Counted from the first letter of the stretch, positions 18,966 to 31,955 are shown. The stretch: 64,000 bases of DNA from Sulfurimonas sp. (GCA_027063505.1 JAMORO010000064.1:4343-68342); one strand, 5' to 3'. The notes: generated from the sequence alone by a model not told the origin. Translations and numbers: made by a program.

Positions 18966-19499
18966 ATGAAAGAACTTATTGCAAAAAAATACATTAAAGC
19001 TTTAAAAACAGGTTCTGATTTAGCATCTATGCAGAATATTACAGAAGTTTTTTCTGTATTAGCTGATTCATTTGCTGATGAAAAATTCGTTAGCATACTT
19101 GTTAATCCACATGTTGATGCAAAAGATAAGTCAGAAATTCTTTTAGCAGCAGTTAAATCTGCAGAGTCAGAAAAGATTAACAATTTAATTAAATTATTAG
19201 TAGAAAATAAGCGTATTAATATAATTCCTGCAATTGCTGCAGAATTAAAAAAAGATATTGCTAATACTACAAAAACTTACAATGGGGTTATATATAGCAA
19301 CGATAATATCGATGCAAAAGTAATAACAGAATTAAGTGATGGTTTAAATAAAAAATTTGATTCTACTATTACATTAACATTTGTACAAAATGATTTTAAT
19401 GGTATTAAAGTAGAAGTAGCGGGTCTTGGAATTGAGATTAACTTCTCTAAAGATAGAATCGATAGTCAAATTATAGAACATATAATTAAAGCAATTTAA
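18966..19499 (+). CDS. atpH: F0F1 ATP synthase subunit delta
   Basis: IAKKYIKAL, LLVENKR, GIKVEV. ATG at 18966 preferred over the TTG at 18957. Confidence 0.9.
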   Translation: MKELIAKKYIKALKTGSDLASMQNITEVFSVLADSFADEKFVSILVNPHVDAKDKSEILLAAVKSAESEKINNLIKLLVENKRINIIPAIAAELKKDIANTTKTYNGVIYSNDNIDAKVITELSDGLNKKFDSTITLTFVQNDFNGIKVEVAGLGIEINFSKDRIDSQIIEHIIKAI

Positions 19500-19520
19500 C
19501 TTCATAAGAGGAGAACAATA

Positions 19521-21038
19521 GTGGTAGCAAAAATTCAAGCTGATGAAATCAGCTCAATAATTAAAGAACGTATTGACAATTTTGAACTAAATGTTGATAT
19601 TAACGAAACGGGTAAGATTGTTTCTTATGCTGATGGTGTTGCACAAGTTTACGGACTTAGCAATGTTATGGCTGGAGAAATGGTTGAATTTGAAGACGGG
19701 ACACAAGGTCTTGTAATGAACCTTGAAGAGAGTAGTGTAGGTGTTGTTATCTTAGGTGCTGGTACAGCTCTTCGTGAGGGTATGAGTGTTAAGCGTCTTG
19801 GAAAACTTTTACGTGTTCCAGTTGGTGATGCACTTCTTGGTCGTGTTGTAAATGCACTTGGAGAGCCTATAGATGGTAAAGGTCCAATTGAAACTACTGA
19901 AACTCGTTTCGTAGAAGAAAAAGCACCTGGAATCATGAATCGTAAATCTGTTCATGAACCACTAGCTACTGGTATTAAAGCAATTGATGCACTTGTTCCA
20001 ATTGGTCGTGGTCAACGTGAGCTTATCATTGGTGACAGACAGACTGGTAAAACTACAGTTGCATTAGATGCTATCATTAACCAAAAAGGTAATGGTGTTG
20101 TTTGTGTATACGTAGCTATCGGTCAAAAAGAGTCAACTGTTGCACAAATTGTTCGTCGTTTAGAGGAACATGGTGCATTAGAGTACACAATAATCGTATC
20201 TGCAACTGCTGCTGAAGCTGCTGCACTACAGTTCTTAGCTCCATATACTGGTGTTACTATGGGAGAGTATTTCCGTGATAATGCACGCCATGGTTTAATT
20301 GTTTATGATGATTTATCTAAGCATGCCGTTGCATACCGTGAAATGTCACTTATCCTTCGTCGTCCTCCGGGTCGTGAAGCTTATCCTGGTGATGTTTTCT
20401 ATGTTCACTCTCGTTTACTTGAGCGTGCTGCAAAAATGTCAGATGAAGAGGGTGCAGGTTCTTTAACTGCTCTTCCAATTATTGAGACTCAAGCGGGTGA
20501 TGTTGCGGCTTATATCCCAACTAATGTTATCTCAATTACTGATGGTCAAATTTTCTTAGAAACAGATCTTTTTAACTCGGGTGTTCGTCCAGCAATTAAT
20601 GTTGGTCTTTCAGTTTCTCGTGTTGGTGGTGCTGCTCAGATTAAAGCTACAAAGCAAGTTGCAGGTACACTACGTCTAGACCTTGCTCAGTATCGTGAAC
20701 TTCAAGCATTTGCTCAGTTCGCTTCTGACCTTGATGAAGTTTCTCGTAACCAACTAGAGCGTGGACAACGAATGGTTGAAGTTCTTAAACAAGGGCCATT
20801 TTCTCCTCTTTCAGCTGAGAAACAAGTTGCTATCATTTTTGCTGGTAATGAAGGTTTCTTAGATGATATGGATGCATCAAATGTAGTACGTTTCGAGTCT
20901 GAAATGTATCCATTTATTGAAGCATCTTATCCTCAAATCTTTGAGAACATAAGAAGTGCAAGTAAAGTTGATGACGATACTAAAGCACTTTTAATGAAAG
21001 CACTTGAAGAGTTCAAAGCTAGCTTTGTAGCTAACTAA
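19521..21038 (+). CDS. atpA: F0F1 ATP synthase subunit alpha
   Basis: [33 protein letters not shown]. Confidence 0.99.
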   Translation: MVAKIQADEISSIIKERIDNFELNVDINETGKIVSYADGVAQVYGLSNVMAGEMVEFEDGTQGLVMNLEESSVGVVILGAGTALREGMSVKRLGKLLRVPVGDALLGRVVNALGEPIDGKGPIETTETRFVEEKAPGIMNRKSVHEPLATGIKAIDALVPIGRGQRELIIGDRQTGKTTVALDAIINQKGNGVVCVYVAIGQKESTVAQIVRRLEEHGALEYTIIVSATAAEAAALQFLAPYTGVTMGEYFRDNARHGLIVYDDLSKHAVAYREMSLILRRPPGREAYPGDVFYVHSRLLERAAKMSDEEGAGSLTALPIIETQAGDVAAYIPTNVISITDGQIFLETDLFNSGVRPAINVGLSVSRVGGAAQIKATKQVAGTLRLDLAQYRELQAFAQFASDLDEVSRNQLERGQRMVEVLKQGPFSPLSAEKQVAIIFAGNEGFLDDMDASNVVRFESEMYPFIEASYPQIFENIRSASKVDDDTKALLMKALEEFKASFVAN

Positions 21039-21048
21039 GGGATAACTA

Positions 21049-23342
<2,294 letters not shown>

Positions 23343-23366
23343 GCATTTGCTTATTAAAGGACTATA

Positions 23367-23759
23367 ATGGATACATTAAATCTTGAAATCCTAACTCCTA
23401 ATGGTGAGATCTATAACGGTCAAGCTCTTAGTGTAGTTCTTCCTGGTGAAGAGGGAGAGTTCGGAGTACTTGCTGGTCATGCATCTCTTACAACACTTTT
23501 AACAAGTGGTGTAGTTGATGTTGAGAAAGAAGATAAATCAGTTGAAGCTATTGTTATCAACTGGGGTGTCGTTCAAGTAGATGAAGAGAAAGTTATTATT
23601 TTAGTTGAGGGTGCTGCTGCTATCCGTGGTTCTAATGAATCTGAAATTGCGAAAGCTCTTGAAGATGCGAAGAAACTTATAGCTGATGTTGCAGACTCAA
23701 GTTCTGCAATAGCATCTGTTTCAGCTAGAATAGAGTCAGCTGCTCAGAAGTTAATATAA
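23367..23759 (+). CDS. atpC: F0F1 ATP synthase subunit epsilon
   Basis: LEILTPNG, GEFGVLAGHA. Confidence 0.95.
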   Translation: MDTLNLEILTPNGEIYNGQALSVVLPGEEGEFGVLAGHASLTTLLTSGVVDVEKEDKSVEAIVINWGVVQVDEEKVIILVEGAAAIRGSNESEIAKALEDAKKLIADVADSSSAIASVSARIESAAQKLI

Positions 23760-23763
23760 TAAT

Positions 23764-24330
23764 ATGTTCAACAATTTAATAGATTTTTATCTTAAAAGTC
23801 ATCCAGTTACTATAGGTGTTTTGGCTCTTTTGTCAATTTACTTTATAGTACTTAACTGGGTTTTCTTCTATAGATACTTTTCTATTAATAGTTGGTTAAA
23901 TAGAGAAAGTAACTCCTTAGAATCACTACTAATGGGTGCAACAACTGTCAATGAAAACTCTTTTTTAAATAATTTTATAAAAACAAGTAATACTATTTCA
24001 AAAGAAGTTTTAGCACTCGGAATGCTTGCTGCAACGAAAGAGGCTACAAAAGGTCTCTCTATACTCTCTATTTTTGCTTCTACAACACCCTTTATTGGCC
24101 TTTTTGGTACAGTAGTTTCCATTTTAGATACTTTTACACATATTGGTCAAACATCAGGAAGTATGTCTATTATATCAAGTGGTGTATCAGATGCACTTGT
24201 TGCAACTGCATCAGGAATATTTGTCGCTATTTTTGCTTATACATATCATCAGGTACTTAAAAGAAAATCATTTGAACTTATCTCTTTTCTTCAAATGCAA
24301 AGTGATGCGATCTTAGCTCGAAAGGCATAG
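23764..24330 (+). CDS. tolQ: MotA/TolQ/ExbB proton-channel protein
   Basis: STTPFIGLFGTV, ALVATASG; precedes tolR, tolB and pal. Confidence 0.85.
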   Translation: MFNNLIDFYLKSHPVTIGVLALLSIYFIVLNWVFFYRYFSINSWLNRESNSLESLLMGATTVNENSFLNNFIKTSNTISKEVLALGMLAATKEATKGLSILSIFASTTPFIGLFGTVVSILDTFTHIGQTSGSMSIISSGVSDALVATASGIFVAIFAYTYHQVLKRKSFELISFLQMQSDAILARKA

Positions 24331-24334
24331 TAAT

Positions 24335-24724
24335 ATGTATGATTGGGAAGATACTCCAGAGTTAAATATAACACCCCTTGTGGATGTAATGCTTGTACTT
24401 CTTGCGATATTAATGGTTATAGCTCCAAATATTATATATGAAGAAAATATTAAATTACCACAGGGTTCAACTTCTCAACAACTTTCTAAAATTCCTCCTG
24501 TTCATATAAGCATTGACAAAGATAAAAATGTAAAAATAAACAGAGATAGATATCTTTTAAATGCCTTTATGGATAACTTCTTGCTCTACTCTTCAAAATT
24601 AGATAAAAAAGCAACTGTACTAATAAGTGCAGATAAATCTCTTGATTATGGAATTGTTATGTCAGTTCTAGCGGCTGTTAAACAGGCCGGTTTTTCTGAA
24701 GTTTCATTAGCTACCAATGGATAA
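24335..24724 (+). CDS. tolR: TolR/ExbD
   Basis: ELNITPLVDVMLVLLAI, ADK...YG. Confidence 0.85.
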   Translation: MYDWEDTPELNITPLVDVMLVLLAILMVIAPNIIYEENIKLPQGSTSQQLSKIPPVHISIDKDKNVKINRDRYLLNAFMDNFLLYSSKLDKKATVLISADKSLDYGIVMSVLAAVKQAGFSEVSLATNG

Positions 24725-25439
24725 AGAAAATAAATATTTTTATATAAGTGGACTCCTCTCTTTTTCACTTTTTACTCTTGTAATACTACTTTTTATTATG
24801 CTACTTTTCAAGCCATCTAAGAGTAATACTTTCGGCTTAAAAAAAGAGAATTATATTTCAATTTCACTTGAAGTTCCTAAGATTGTTTCATCAAAGCAAA
24901 AAAAACAGGTAAAAATGGCAAAGGTAAGTGAATCTGTTGAGAGTGAAATCGAAAACATTGATGTAAACAATTTATTTAGCGATGTTTGGACAAAAAAAAT
25001 TACTGCGAAGAAAGAGAAACCAAAACCACAAAATACTCGAAGAATTCTAGAGATTCAAAAACAGCTCAAAACAACGCATAGTAATAAGGTTGATTCTATT
25101 GCTGAGAAAGTAAATAACCTTGATAGTGTAAAAACAAAAAGTGAGAGTGATACTACTTCTACTGCTAATCAGGTTAATGAATATTTGGCTAAAATTCAGG
25201 CAATTGTTTACCAGTATTTTCATGTACCTCCTAACTCTGCGGGGAATAGTGTTAAAACTGTAATAGAATTAAATGCTTTAGGTAAAGTACTTGATTTTAG
25301 AGTATTAAGTTACTCAGCGAATGATCGTTTAAATGCTGAAGTTGATAAAATTAAAGAGAGAATAAGACATGTTGTTTTCCCTGTTAATCCTCAAAATAGT
25401 TCAAGTAGAACTGTTGTTATATTGATATCCAAGGAGTAG
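24717..25439 (+). CDS. TolA/TonB-like energy transducer
   Basis: Single N-terminal transmembrane span, charged linker, TonB-C-like tail; sits in the tolA position. Confidence 0.75.
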   Translation: MDKENKYFYISGLLSFSLFTLVILLFIMLLFKPSKSNTFGLKKENYISISLEVPKIVSSKQKKQVKMAKVSESVESEIENIDVNNLFSDVWTKKITAKKEKPKPQNTRRILEIQKQLKTTHSNKVDSIAEKVNNLDSVKTKSESDTTSTANQVNEYLAKIQAIVYQYFHVPPNSAGNSVKTVIELNALGKVLDFRVLSYSANDRLNAEVDKIKERIRHVVFPVNPQNSSSRTVVILISKE

Positions 25440-25441
25440 AT

Positions 25442-26692
25442 GTGAGAGTTATATTTTCGTTACTATTATTTGTAAGTTTAATGTTTGGTAGCGATGCTAC
25501 AATAGAAGTGATTAAAAAAGTAGATGCACTCCCAACAATTGCTGTTGAAGATGCTTCAGAAAGCTATGATGATACATTTAAATTAAAATTTTTTAAATCT
25601 ATAATTGCTGACTTAAATGTTATCAGTCTCTTTAATGTTGATCGTTTTCACAGAACTATCTCCTTTGATGCATCGAGTGTTGCTGTTGAAAATAAAGATA
25701 TGAATTATGTATTACGATATAAGATGAGTGAAGGTGATGATGGTCACTTATCTATTGAAATGAAACTTCTTCAAGAGAATGAAACAGTTTTTACTAAAAA
25801 TTATAAGGTAAATCGTAGTAACATTTATATGTTTATAAGTCATGCAATAGCATATGATATAAATGAGTTTATGGGTGAGTCCTCAGTTGAGTGGATGAAA
25901 CGTAAAGTTATTTTTTCTCGTATTGTAGGGCCTAAAAAAAGTGAAATAGTTATTTCAGACTACTCATTGTCTTATCAACATGTTATTTTAAAGGGTGGGT
26001 TTAATATCTTTCCAAAATGGGCTAATAAGGCACAAAATGCTTTTTACTATACTTCACTGGATGGTAAAAAACCTACTTTAAAACATGTAAACATTAAAAA
26101 TGTAACAGTGAAAAAGGTTATCTCTTCTGATGGGATGATGATCTGCTCTGATGTTAGTAGTGATGGAAAAACTCTTCTATTAACCATGGCAAAAAATGGA
26201 CAACCCGATATATATACTTATAATATTGATAGTAAAACATATAAAAGAGAGACTACCTATGGTGGTATCGATGTTAATGCTCAATTTATGAGTAATAATA
26301 AGATTATATTTATATCTTCAAGATTAGGTTATCCAAATGTGTTTTCTAAAAGACTTGACACTCATGAAATAGAGCAAATGGTTTACTATGGTAAAAGTAA
26401 TTCAGCCTGTAGTTCTAATGGAGAGTATATAGTTTATAAAGCAAGAGAAAGTTCTAATGCTTTTGAGAAAAATACATTTAATTTACATCTTATTTCGATG
26501 AAAACAGATTTTATTCGTCGTTTAACTGCGACAGGGATAAATGAATTTCCAAGATTTTCCAAAGATGGTGATGCAATTCTTTTTATTAAAAACTATAAAA
26601 ATCAAAGTAGTATAGGAATTATCAGACTAAAACATAATAAAAACTATCTCTTTCCACTTGCATATGGAAAAGTTCAGTCGATGGACTGGTAG
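25442..26692 (+). CDS. tolB: Tol-Pal beta-propeller protein TolB
   Basis: Signal peptide, PD40-like repeats (FISSRLGYPNVF, PRFSKDG); upstream of pal. Confidence 0.88.
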   Translation: MRVIFSLLLFVSLMFGSDATIEVIKKVDALPTIAVEDASESYDDTFKLKFFKSIIADLNVISLFNVDRFHRTISFDASSVAVENKDMNYVLRYKMSEGDDGHLSIEMKLLQENETVFTKNYKVNRSNIYMFISHAIAYDINEFMGESSVEWMKRKVIFSRIVGPKKSEIVISDYSLSYQHVILKGGFNIFPKWANKAQNAFYYTSLDGKKPTLKHVNIKNVTVKKVISSDGMMICSDVSSDGKTLLLTMAKNGQPDIYTYNIDSKTYKRETTYGGIDVNAQFMSNNKIIFISSRLGYPNVFSKRLDTHEIEQMVYYGKSNSACSSNGEYIVYKARESSNAFEKNTFNLHLISMKTDFIRRLTATGINEFPRFSKDGDAILFIKNYKNQSSIGIIRLKHNKNYLFPLAYGKVQSMDW

Positions 26693-26742
26693 AAATTTTT
26701 TAATAAAGAGTCACTTGTTTAATTATATTAATATTTTTTTGA

Positions 26743-26748
26743 TATAAT
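26743..26748 (+). promoter_or_regulatory. Sigma70 -10 box upstream of pal
   Basis: TATAAT preceded by a T-tract; AAGGA ribosome-binding site downstream. Confidence 0.55.
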
Positions 26749-26781
26749 AGCCTAATTTAAAAAAATCTAAGGATATCGAAT

Positions 26782-27345
26782 ATGAAAAGCATAGTACTTT
26801 CAAGTGTTGTAGTAGCACTTTTAGTTTTTAGTGGGTGTAGTGGTAAAGAACCTGCAGTAGATACAAAAAAATCTGAAGTGGAAAAATCAGCAGCACAAGA
26901 AGTTGCAGCAGTAGAAACTGAGACTGTAGCAGCAGAAGATAGCATGGTTGATTCAGATTCTAATGCAAATGCTAATACTGGTTCAGGAATGAGTATGTCG
27001 GATGTTGAATCTGAACTCTCTTCTATATATTTTGGGTTTGATAAATTTGATATAAATAGTGACATGGAAGATAAAATTTCTAAAGCTGCTGAACTTGGCA
27101 AAACTACTGCAGTTAACTATAATGTAAAACTTGAAGGTAACTGTGATGAGTGGGGTAGCGATGAGTATAACTTCGCACTTGGTCTTAAACGTGCAAATGC
27201 TGTTAAAAAAGCTTTAGTAGCAGAGGGAATTGATGGTAGTCGTATCTCTATGGTGAGTTATGGTGAGTCTAACCCAACATGTTCAGATAAAACACAGGCA
27301 TGTTATGCACAAAATCGTCGTGTAGACTTTAAAATTTTACCATAA
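26782..27345 (+). CDS. pal: Peptidoglycan-associated lipoprotein
   Basis: Lipobox FSGC; IYFGFDK, EGNCDEWGSDEYNFALG, SYGE, NRRV. Confidence 0.95.
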   Translation: MKSIVLSSVVVALLVFSGCSGKEPAVDTKKSEVEKSAAQEVAAVETETVAAEDSMVDSDSNANANTGSGMSMSDVESELSSIYFGFDKFDINSDMEDKISKAAELGKTTAVNYNVKLEGNCDEWGSDEYNFALGLKRANAVKKALVAEGIDGSRISMVSYGESNPTCSDKTQACYAQNRRVDFKILP

Positions 27346-27362
27346 GTTTATAGAGTAATTTA

Positions 27363-28283
27363 ATGAAATGCTTCAAGGTAGTAATCTTACTCTCTTGTGC
27401 TCTTCCTATCTTCCTTACTGGGGCTGAACCTTCTGCGTTTGGTGCCGGTGATCTTACTAGTTCATCCCCTTATGGACTCACTTCCAATGAAAAAGTCATA
27501 TTAGACACAAAGAAAAAGCTTAATAAAGTTGCTGTAAAAAGTAATAATCAAGCAAATGAACTTGACTCATTACGTGAAAGAATTGATGGCTTACAGAGTG
27601 TAATAGAGAGTTTAAGCAGAAAAGCACACAACAATAAAATAAATATACAGAGAAGAGATGAGCTAGACTCACTCAAAAGTAAAAGTAGTAGTGAATATGA
27701 AGAGCGATTAAGTGTCATTGTTCAATCAAACTCAAAAAGTATTGAACAACAAAAAGTTGTTCTGACTGAAATGTCACTACTGTTAGATTCAATCAATAGT
27801 AAATATGTATCAAAAGAGGAGTTCAATACTCTTGTTAATGATGTAAATAATTTTAAGCTACTTATAGCTAAAGAGTTAAAAGCAAATACAAAGAAGAAAT
27901 CACCAAAAAATAAGTTACATAAACTAAGCTCATCTGAGGTGTATAAAAAAGCGGAGGCATTTTATAAAAAGAAATATTATACTGACTCTATAAAATATTT
28001 TGAAGAGTTAATTAAGAGGAACTATAAACCCTCTTATTCACACTATATGATTGGTGAAATGAACTATAGACGAAAGAATTATGCTAATGCTATCTCCTAC
28101 TATAAAAAAAGTTCAGCTCTTTATTCAAAAGCAAAATGGATGCCTCGTTTAATGCTTCATACTGCAATAAGTATGAGTAAAACTGGTGATAAAGATCATG
28201 CACATAGTTTTTTTAAAGCAGTAGTTGCAAAGTATCCAGATTCGGCTGAGGCGAAAGATGCTAGAGAGTATCTTCAGCCATAA
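27363..28283 (+). CDS. CpoB/YbgF-like coiled-coil plus TPR protein
   Basis: Signal peptide, coiled coil, C-terminal TPR (VAKYPDSAEA); follows pal. Confidence 0.8.
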   Translation: MKCFKVVILLSCALPIFLTGAEPSAFGAGDLTSSSPYGLTSNEKVILDTKKKLNKVAVKSNNQANELDSLRERIDGLQSVIESLSRKAHNNKINIQRRDELDSLKSKSSSEYEERLSVIVQSNSKSIEQQKVVLTEMSLLLDSINSKYVSKEEFNTLVNDVNNFKLLIAKELKANTKKKSPKNKLHKLSSSEVYKKAEAFYKKKYYTDSIKYFEELIKRNYKPSYSHYMIGEMNYRRKNYANAISYYKKSSALYSKAKWMPRLMLHTAISMSKTGDKDHAHSFFKAVVAKYPDSAEAKDAREYLQP

Positions 28284-28334
28284 TATATAAAATTATGTTA
28301 AAATCGCGCAATTAAAATTATTGAAGGAAAAAAA

Positions 28335-28844
28335 ATGGCAATAGAAGCAAATCAAATCGTATCAATTGAGTATGAAGTAAAAGATGGTGATAAAGTAGTA
28401 GATAGTAATGTTGGTGGTGCACCACTAGTTTTTATGTTTGGTAAAGGTCAAATAATTCCAGGTTTAGAGAATGGAATTGTTAATATGGCTATTGGTGAAA
28501 AAGCTGATGTTCTTGTAGAACCTGCTGATGCTTATGGTGAGTATAATGCTGAAGCTATTCAAGAAGTACCTGCTGATCAGTTTTCTGGAATTGATTTAGA
28601 ACTAGGTATGACTCTTTATGGTCAAGCAGAAGATGGTGGTACGACACAAGTAACTGTAAAAGAGATAGGTGCTGAAAGTGTAACTATTGACTTTAATCAT
28701 CCTTTAGCTGGTAAATCACTTATGTTTACAGTTACAGTAAATAACATTAGAGAAGCTACTGCAGAAGAAGCAATGACAGGTGTTCCAGCTGAGAATAAAC
28801 CTGCTGAGGGTGAGAGTTGTGGTACAGGCTGTGGATGTCACTAG
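28335..28844 (+). CDS. slyD: FKBP-type peptidyl-prolyl isomerase SlyD
   Basis: GQIIPGLE, DFNHPLAGK; short metal-binding tail SCGTGCGCH. Confidence 0.95.
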   Translation: MAIEANQIVSIEYEVKDGDKVVDSNVGGAPLVFMFGKGQIIPGLENGIVNMAIGEKADVLVEPADAYGEYNAEAIQEVPADQFSGIDLELGMTLYGQAEDGGTTQVTVKEIGAESVTIDFNHPLAGKSLMFTVTVNNIREATAEEAMTGVPAENKPAEGESCGTGCGCH

Positions 28845-29592
28845 TTTTGTAACGACATCAAAAGCTTCATATCAAGCTTTTAAAACAGCTACACTTTTAA
28901 AAACACTAACTGTAAATGCTCTCATAATGGGTGAAGTTGGTGTAGGTAAGAAAAGTTTAGCATCATTTATACTTCCAGATGCATCTACTGTTGATGCATC
29001 GAATTATGATGAACTTCTTGCAACTCTTGAGAGTTGCAATGAGATTATTATTACTAATATAGAAAACTCACCAAATATTAAACGATTAATTGAAACTATT
29101 AAAATAAATAATATACGAGTGATTGCAACTTCCAAACAATCTTTTAGCAATGAATTTACAGATGACATTTTTAGTGTTAAATTTGACATTCCTCCTTTAA
29201 GTGAACGAGAAGAGGATCTTAAAGAGTTAGTAGGAATGTTTGAGATTGAAGCAGCAGAACTTTTTGGTGGCAATCAAGTTTTAGATCTCACACACTTTTC
29301 CCCAGATTTAAAAAAAAATGCAAAATCGTTAAAACGCCAAGTGATGATAAATTACCTACTTCAAGGTGTTAAAGATAATGAATTAATGGAAATTATAGAA
29401 AATTATCTTTATGAAAAGTTAGGTTCAAATAGTGACTATAGAAACTTTTTATATCTCTATGAGGTACCTCTTATAAAAGCTGGATTAAGTCGTTTTAAGT
29501 CACAACTACAGCTTTCAGATAAACTAGGTTTAAATAGAAATACGTTAAGAAAAAAGATAGCAGATAATAAACAATATTTACAAGGAAAATAG
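28831..29592 (+). CDS. Degenerate sigma54-activator-like AAA+ domain fused to a Fis-type HTH
   Basis: GEVGVGK, IPPLSEREED, LGLNRNTLRKK; no GAFTGA. Start moved to the GTG at 28831. Confidence 0.8.
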   Translation: MDVTSFVTTSKASYQAFKTATLLKTLTVNALIMGEVGVGKKSLASFILPDASTVDASNYDELLATLESCNEIIITNIENSPNIKRLIETIKINNIRVIATSKQSFSNEFTDDIFSVKFDIPPLSEREEDLKELVGMFEIEAAELFGGNQVLDLTHFSPDLKKNAKSLKRQVMINYLLQGVKDNELMEIIENYLYEKLGSNSDYRNFLYLYEVPLIKAGLSRFKSQLQLSDKLGLNRNTLRKKIADNKQYLQGK

Positions 29593-29593
29593 T

Positions 29594-30532
29594 ATGAGTA
29601 AAGTAGCAATGATATTCGCTGGACAAGGTAGTCAAGCAGTAGGTATGGGTCAAGACTTTTATGATAATAGTGAAGTAGCACGTGAAATGTTTGAAAAAGC
29701 TGGTGAGAGAATAGGGGTAGACTTTAAAGCGTTAATCTTTGAAGAGAATGAGAAGTTAGGTCAGACTGCTTTTACACAACCTGCTATTCTTTTAGTTCAG
29801 ATGGTAGCTTACAAGCTTTTTAGTGATGCTTGTCCGGACATTAAAGCGGAACTTTTCTTAGGTCACTCTCTTGGTGAGTTTTCAGCTTTATGTGCATCAG
29901 GTGCTATAGACTATGTAGATGCAGTTGAGTTGGTTCATAACCGTGGTGCATTTATGCAGTCAGCTTGTGACTCTGTTGAAGCAGGAATGATGGTTTTAGT
30001 TGGTCTTGATGATGTAAGTGTTGAAAAAATATGTGCTGATGCACAAGCGGAAGGTAAAAAAGTATGGCCTGCTAACTATAACCAAGATGGACAACTTGTT
30101 GTCGCTGGTATGAAGTCCGACCTTCAGAGTTTAGAGCAGACTTTTAAAGATGCAGGTGCTAAACGTGCACTACTTTTAGATATGTCAGTTGCATCTCACT
30201 GTGAGATTTTAGCTCCTGCACAAGCACCCCTTGCTGAGTTAATGGAGAAGATGGTTTCTGATAACTTTTCTGCACCAGTTGTATCTAATGTTACAACACA
30301 GATGTACTCTTCTAAAGAGGAAGCTGTTGCACTACTTAAAGACCAACTTGTTAAACCTGTAAAATATAAACAGTCTATTTTAGCTGTAGCTCCTGAGTTA
30401 GATATGGCAATAGAATTTGGTAATGGAATTACACTTAAAGGTCTTAATCGTCGAATTGCTAAAGGGCTTAAAACTTTAAATATCTCTGATATGGCATCTT
30501 TAGAAAAAGTAAAAGAAGAAATCTGTTCATAG
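29594..30532 (+). CDS. fabD: Malonyl-CoA:ACP transacylase
   Basis: FAGQGSQ, GHSLGE, ANYNQDGQ, SVASHC. Confidence 0.97.
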   Translation: MSKVAMIFAGQGSQAVGMGQDFYDNSEVAREMFEKAGERIGVDFKALIFEENEKLGQTAFTQPAILLVQMVAYKLFSDACPDIKAELFLGHSLGEFSALCASGAIDYVDAVELVHNRGAFMQSACDSVEAGMMVLVGLDDVSVEKICADAQAEGKKVWPANYNQDGQLVVAGMKSDLQSLEQTFKDAGAKRALLLDMSVASHCEILAPAQAPLAELMEKMVSDNFSAPVVSNVTTQMYSSKEEAVALLKDQLVKPVKYKQSILAVAPELDMAIEFGNGITLKGLNRRIAKGLKTLNISDMASLEKVKEEICS

Positions 30533-30533
30533 T

Positions 30534-31256
30534 ATGAGAATAACTCTAGCACAAACTGCACCTAAGTTAAATAGAACTAACTTAGGTGATATTATTAGCA
30601 TTATTAAAGAGAATAGAGATGAGAGTGATTTGATTATTTTTCCTGAACTCTCTTTGAGTGGTTACATGCTTCAAGATAAACTCATTGAAGATGCATGGCT
30701 TTTAGAAGAGCTAGATCAACTCAGAGAGCTTAGTAAAGATATTGATATTGTTGTTGGGGCTGCTTTAAAAGAGGATAAGCACTTTAGAAATGTAGCTCTC
30801 TACTTTAGTAAGGGAGAGTTAGTTAGCAGACATATTAAAGTGCATCTTCCAAACTATGGTATGTTTGAGGAAGCTCGTTATTTTGAAGCAGGGAATATAT
30901 TTGAGAGTTTTACTTTAGGAACACAAAAAATCTCTATGGTGGTATGTGAAGATTTATGGCATAAAAATGTACATCATGATTTAATTGAACAAAACCCAGA
31001 TATGATTATTGCTCTTGTGGCATCTCCTGCTCGAGGCTTTAATGATAATGGATTAGAGATAGAAAAGAAGTGGTATAAGATAATAGAGTCTGTTGGACAA
31101 GAGTGTAATGCGAATCTTATCTTTGTTAACCGTGTTGGCTTTGAAGATGGTCTTGGATTTTGGGGTGGTAGCTGTATTGTCAATAAAGAAGGACATATTA
31201 AGCATAAACTCAAAAAGTTTAAAAAAATAGTTAAAACATTTAATATAGAGGAATAG
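30534..31256 (+). CDS. Carbon-nitrogen hydrolase (nitrilase superfamily)
   Basis: Catalytic E-K-C triad in FPELS, KVHLPNYGMFEE and VCEDLW; VNRVG. Confidence 0.88.
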   Translation: MRITLAQTAPKLNRTNLGDIISIIKENRDESDLIIFPELSLSGYMLQDKLIEDAWLLEELDQLRELSKDIDIVVGAALKEDKHFRNVALYFSKGELVSRHIKVHLPNYGMFEEARYFEAGNIFESFTLGTQKISMVVCEDLWHKNVHHDLIEQNPDMIIALVASPARGFNDNGLEIEKKWYKIIESVGQECNANLIFVNRVGFEDGLGFWGGSCIVNKEGHIKHKLKKFKKIVKTFNIEE

Positions 31257-31955
31257 ATGATGCAAAAAATAGCAATAATGGGTGCAATGCCAGAAGAGAT
31301 AGCACCTATACTAGAAATTATCGGTGAGTATAAGAGTACTGAATATGCAGGAAACATTTACTATGAAGCGACCTATAAAGGATGTGAAATTGTGGTTGCT
31401 TACTCTAAAATAGGAAAAGTTTTTTCTACATTAACAGCGGCAACAATGATAGAACATTTTGCTTGTACAACACTCCTTTTTTCTGGAGTTGCTGGTGGTA
31501 TTAATCCCTCTTTAAAAATAGGTGATTTAATAGTTGCAACAAAACTTTCACAACATGATTTAGATATTACTGCATTTGGTCATCCTATGGGCTATGTTCC
31601 TGGTGGGAGTGTTTTTATTGATACGAGTAAAGAGTTGATCAGTATTGCAAAAACTGTAGCTTCTGAACTAGAAAAAACTCTAAAAGAGGGTGTTATAGCG
31701 ACTGGAGATCAGTTTGTACATAATGAAACTATCAAAGAAAATATTGTAAAACATTTTAATGCAGATGCTTTAGAAATGGAGGGTGGTAGTGTTGCTGTTG
31801 TATGTGATGCACTCAACATTCCATTTTTTATCCTTCGTGCAATTAGTGATACAGCTGATACTGATGCCTCTTTTTCATTTGATGAGTTTATGGAATCAAG
31901 TGCAGTTATTAGTGCTGAGTTTGTAATGAAAATGGTAGATAAAATCATTGAGTAA
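31257..31955 (+). CDS. mtnN: 5'-methylthioadenosine/SAH nucleosidase
   Basis: IMGAMPEE, SKIGKV, TGDQF, EMEGG, RAISD. Confidence 0.95.
   Translation: MMQKIAIMGAMPEEIAPILEIIGEYKSTEYAGNIYYEATYKGCEIVVAYSKIGKVFSTLTAATMIEHFACTTLLFSGVAGGINPSLKIGDLIVATKLSQHDLDITAFGHPMGYVPGGSVFIDTSKELISIAKTVASELEKTLKEGVIATGDQFVHNETIKENIVKHFNADALEMEGGSVAVVCDALNIPFFILRAISDTADTDASFSFDEFMESSAVISAEFVMKMVDKIIE

Noticed and set aside
28780-28830. N-terminal extension of the Fis/AAA+ ORF into slyD
   Set aside because: It is the alternative frame of the slyD tail; the GTG at 28831 is more plausible.
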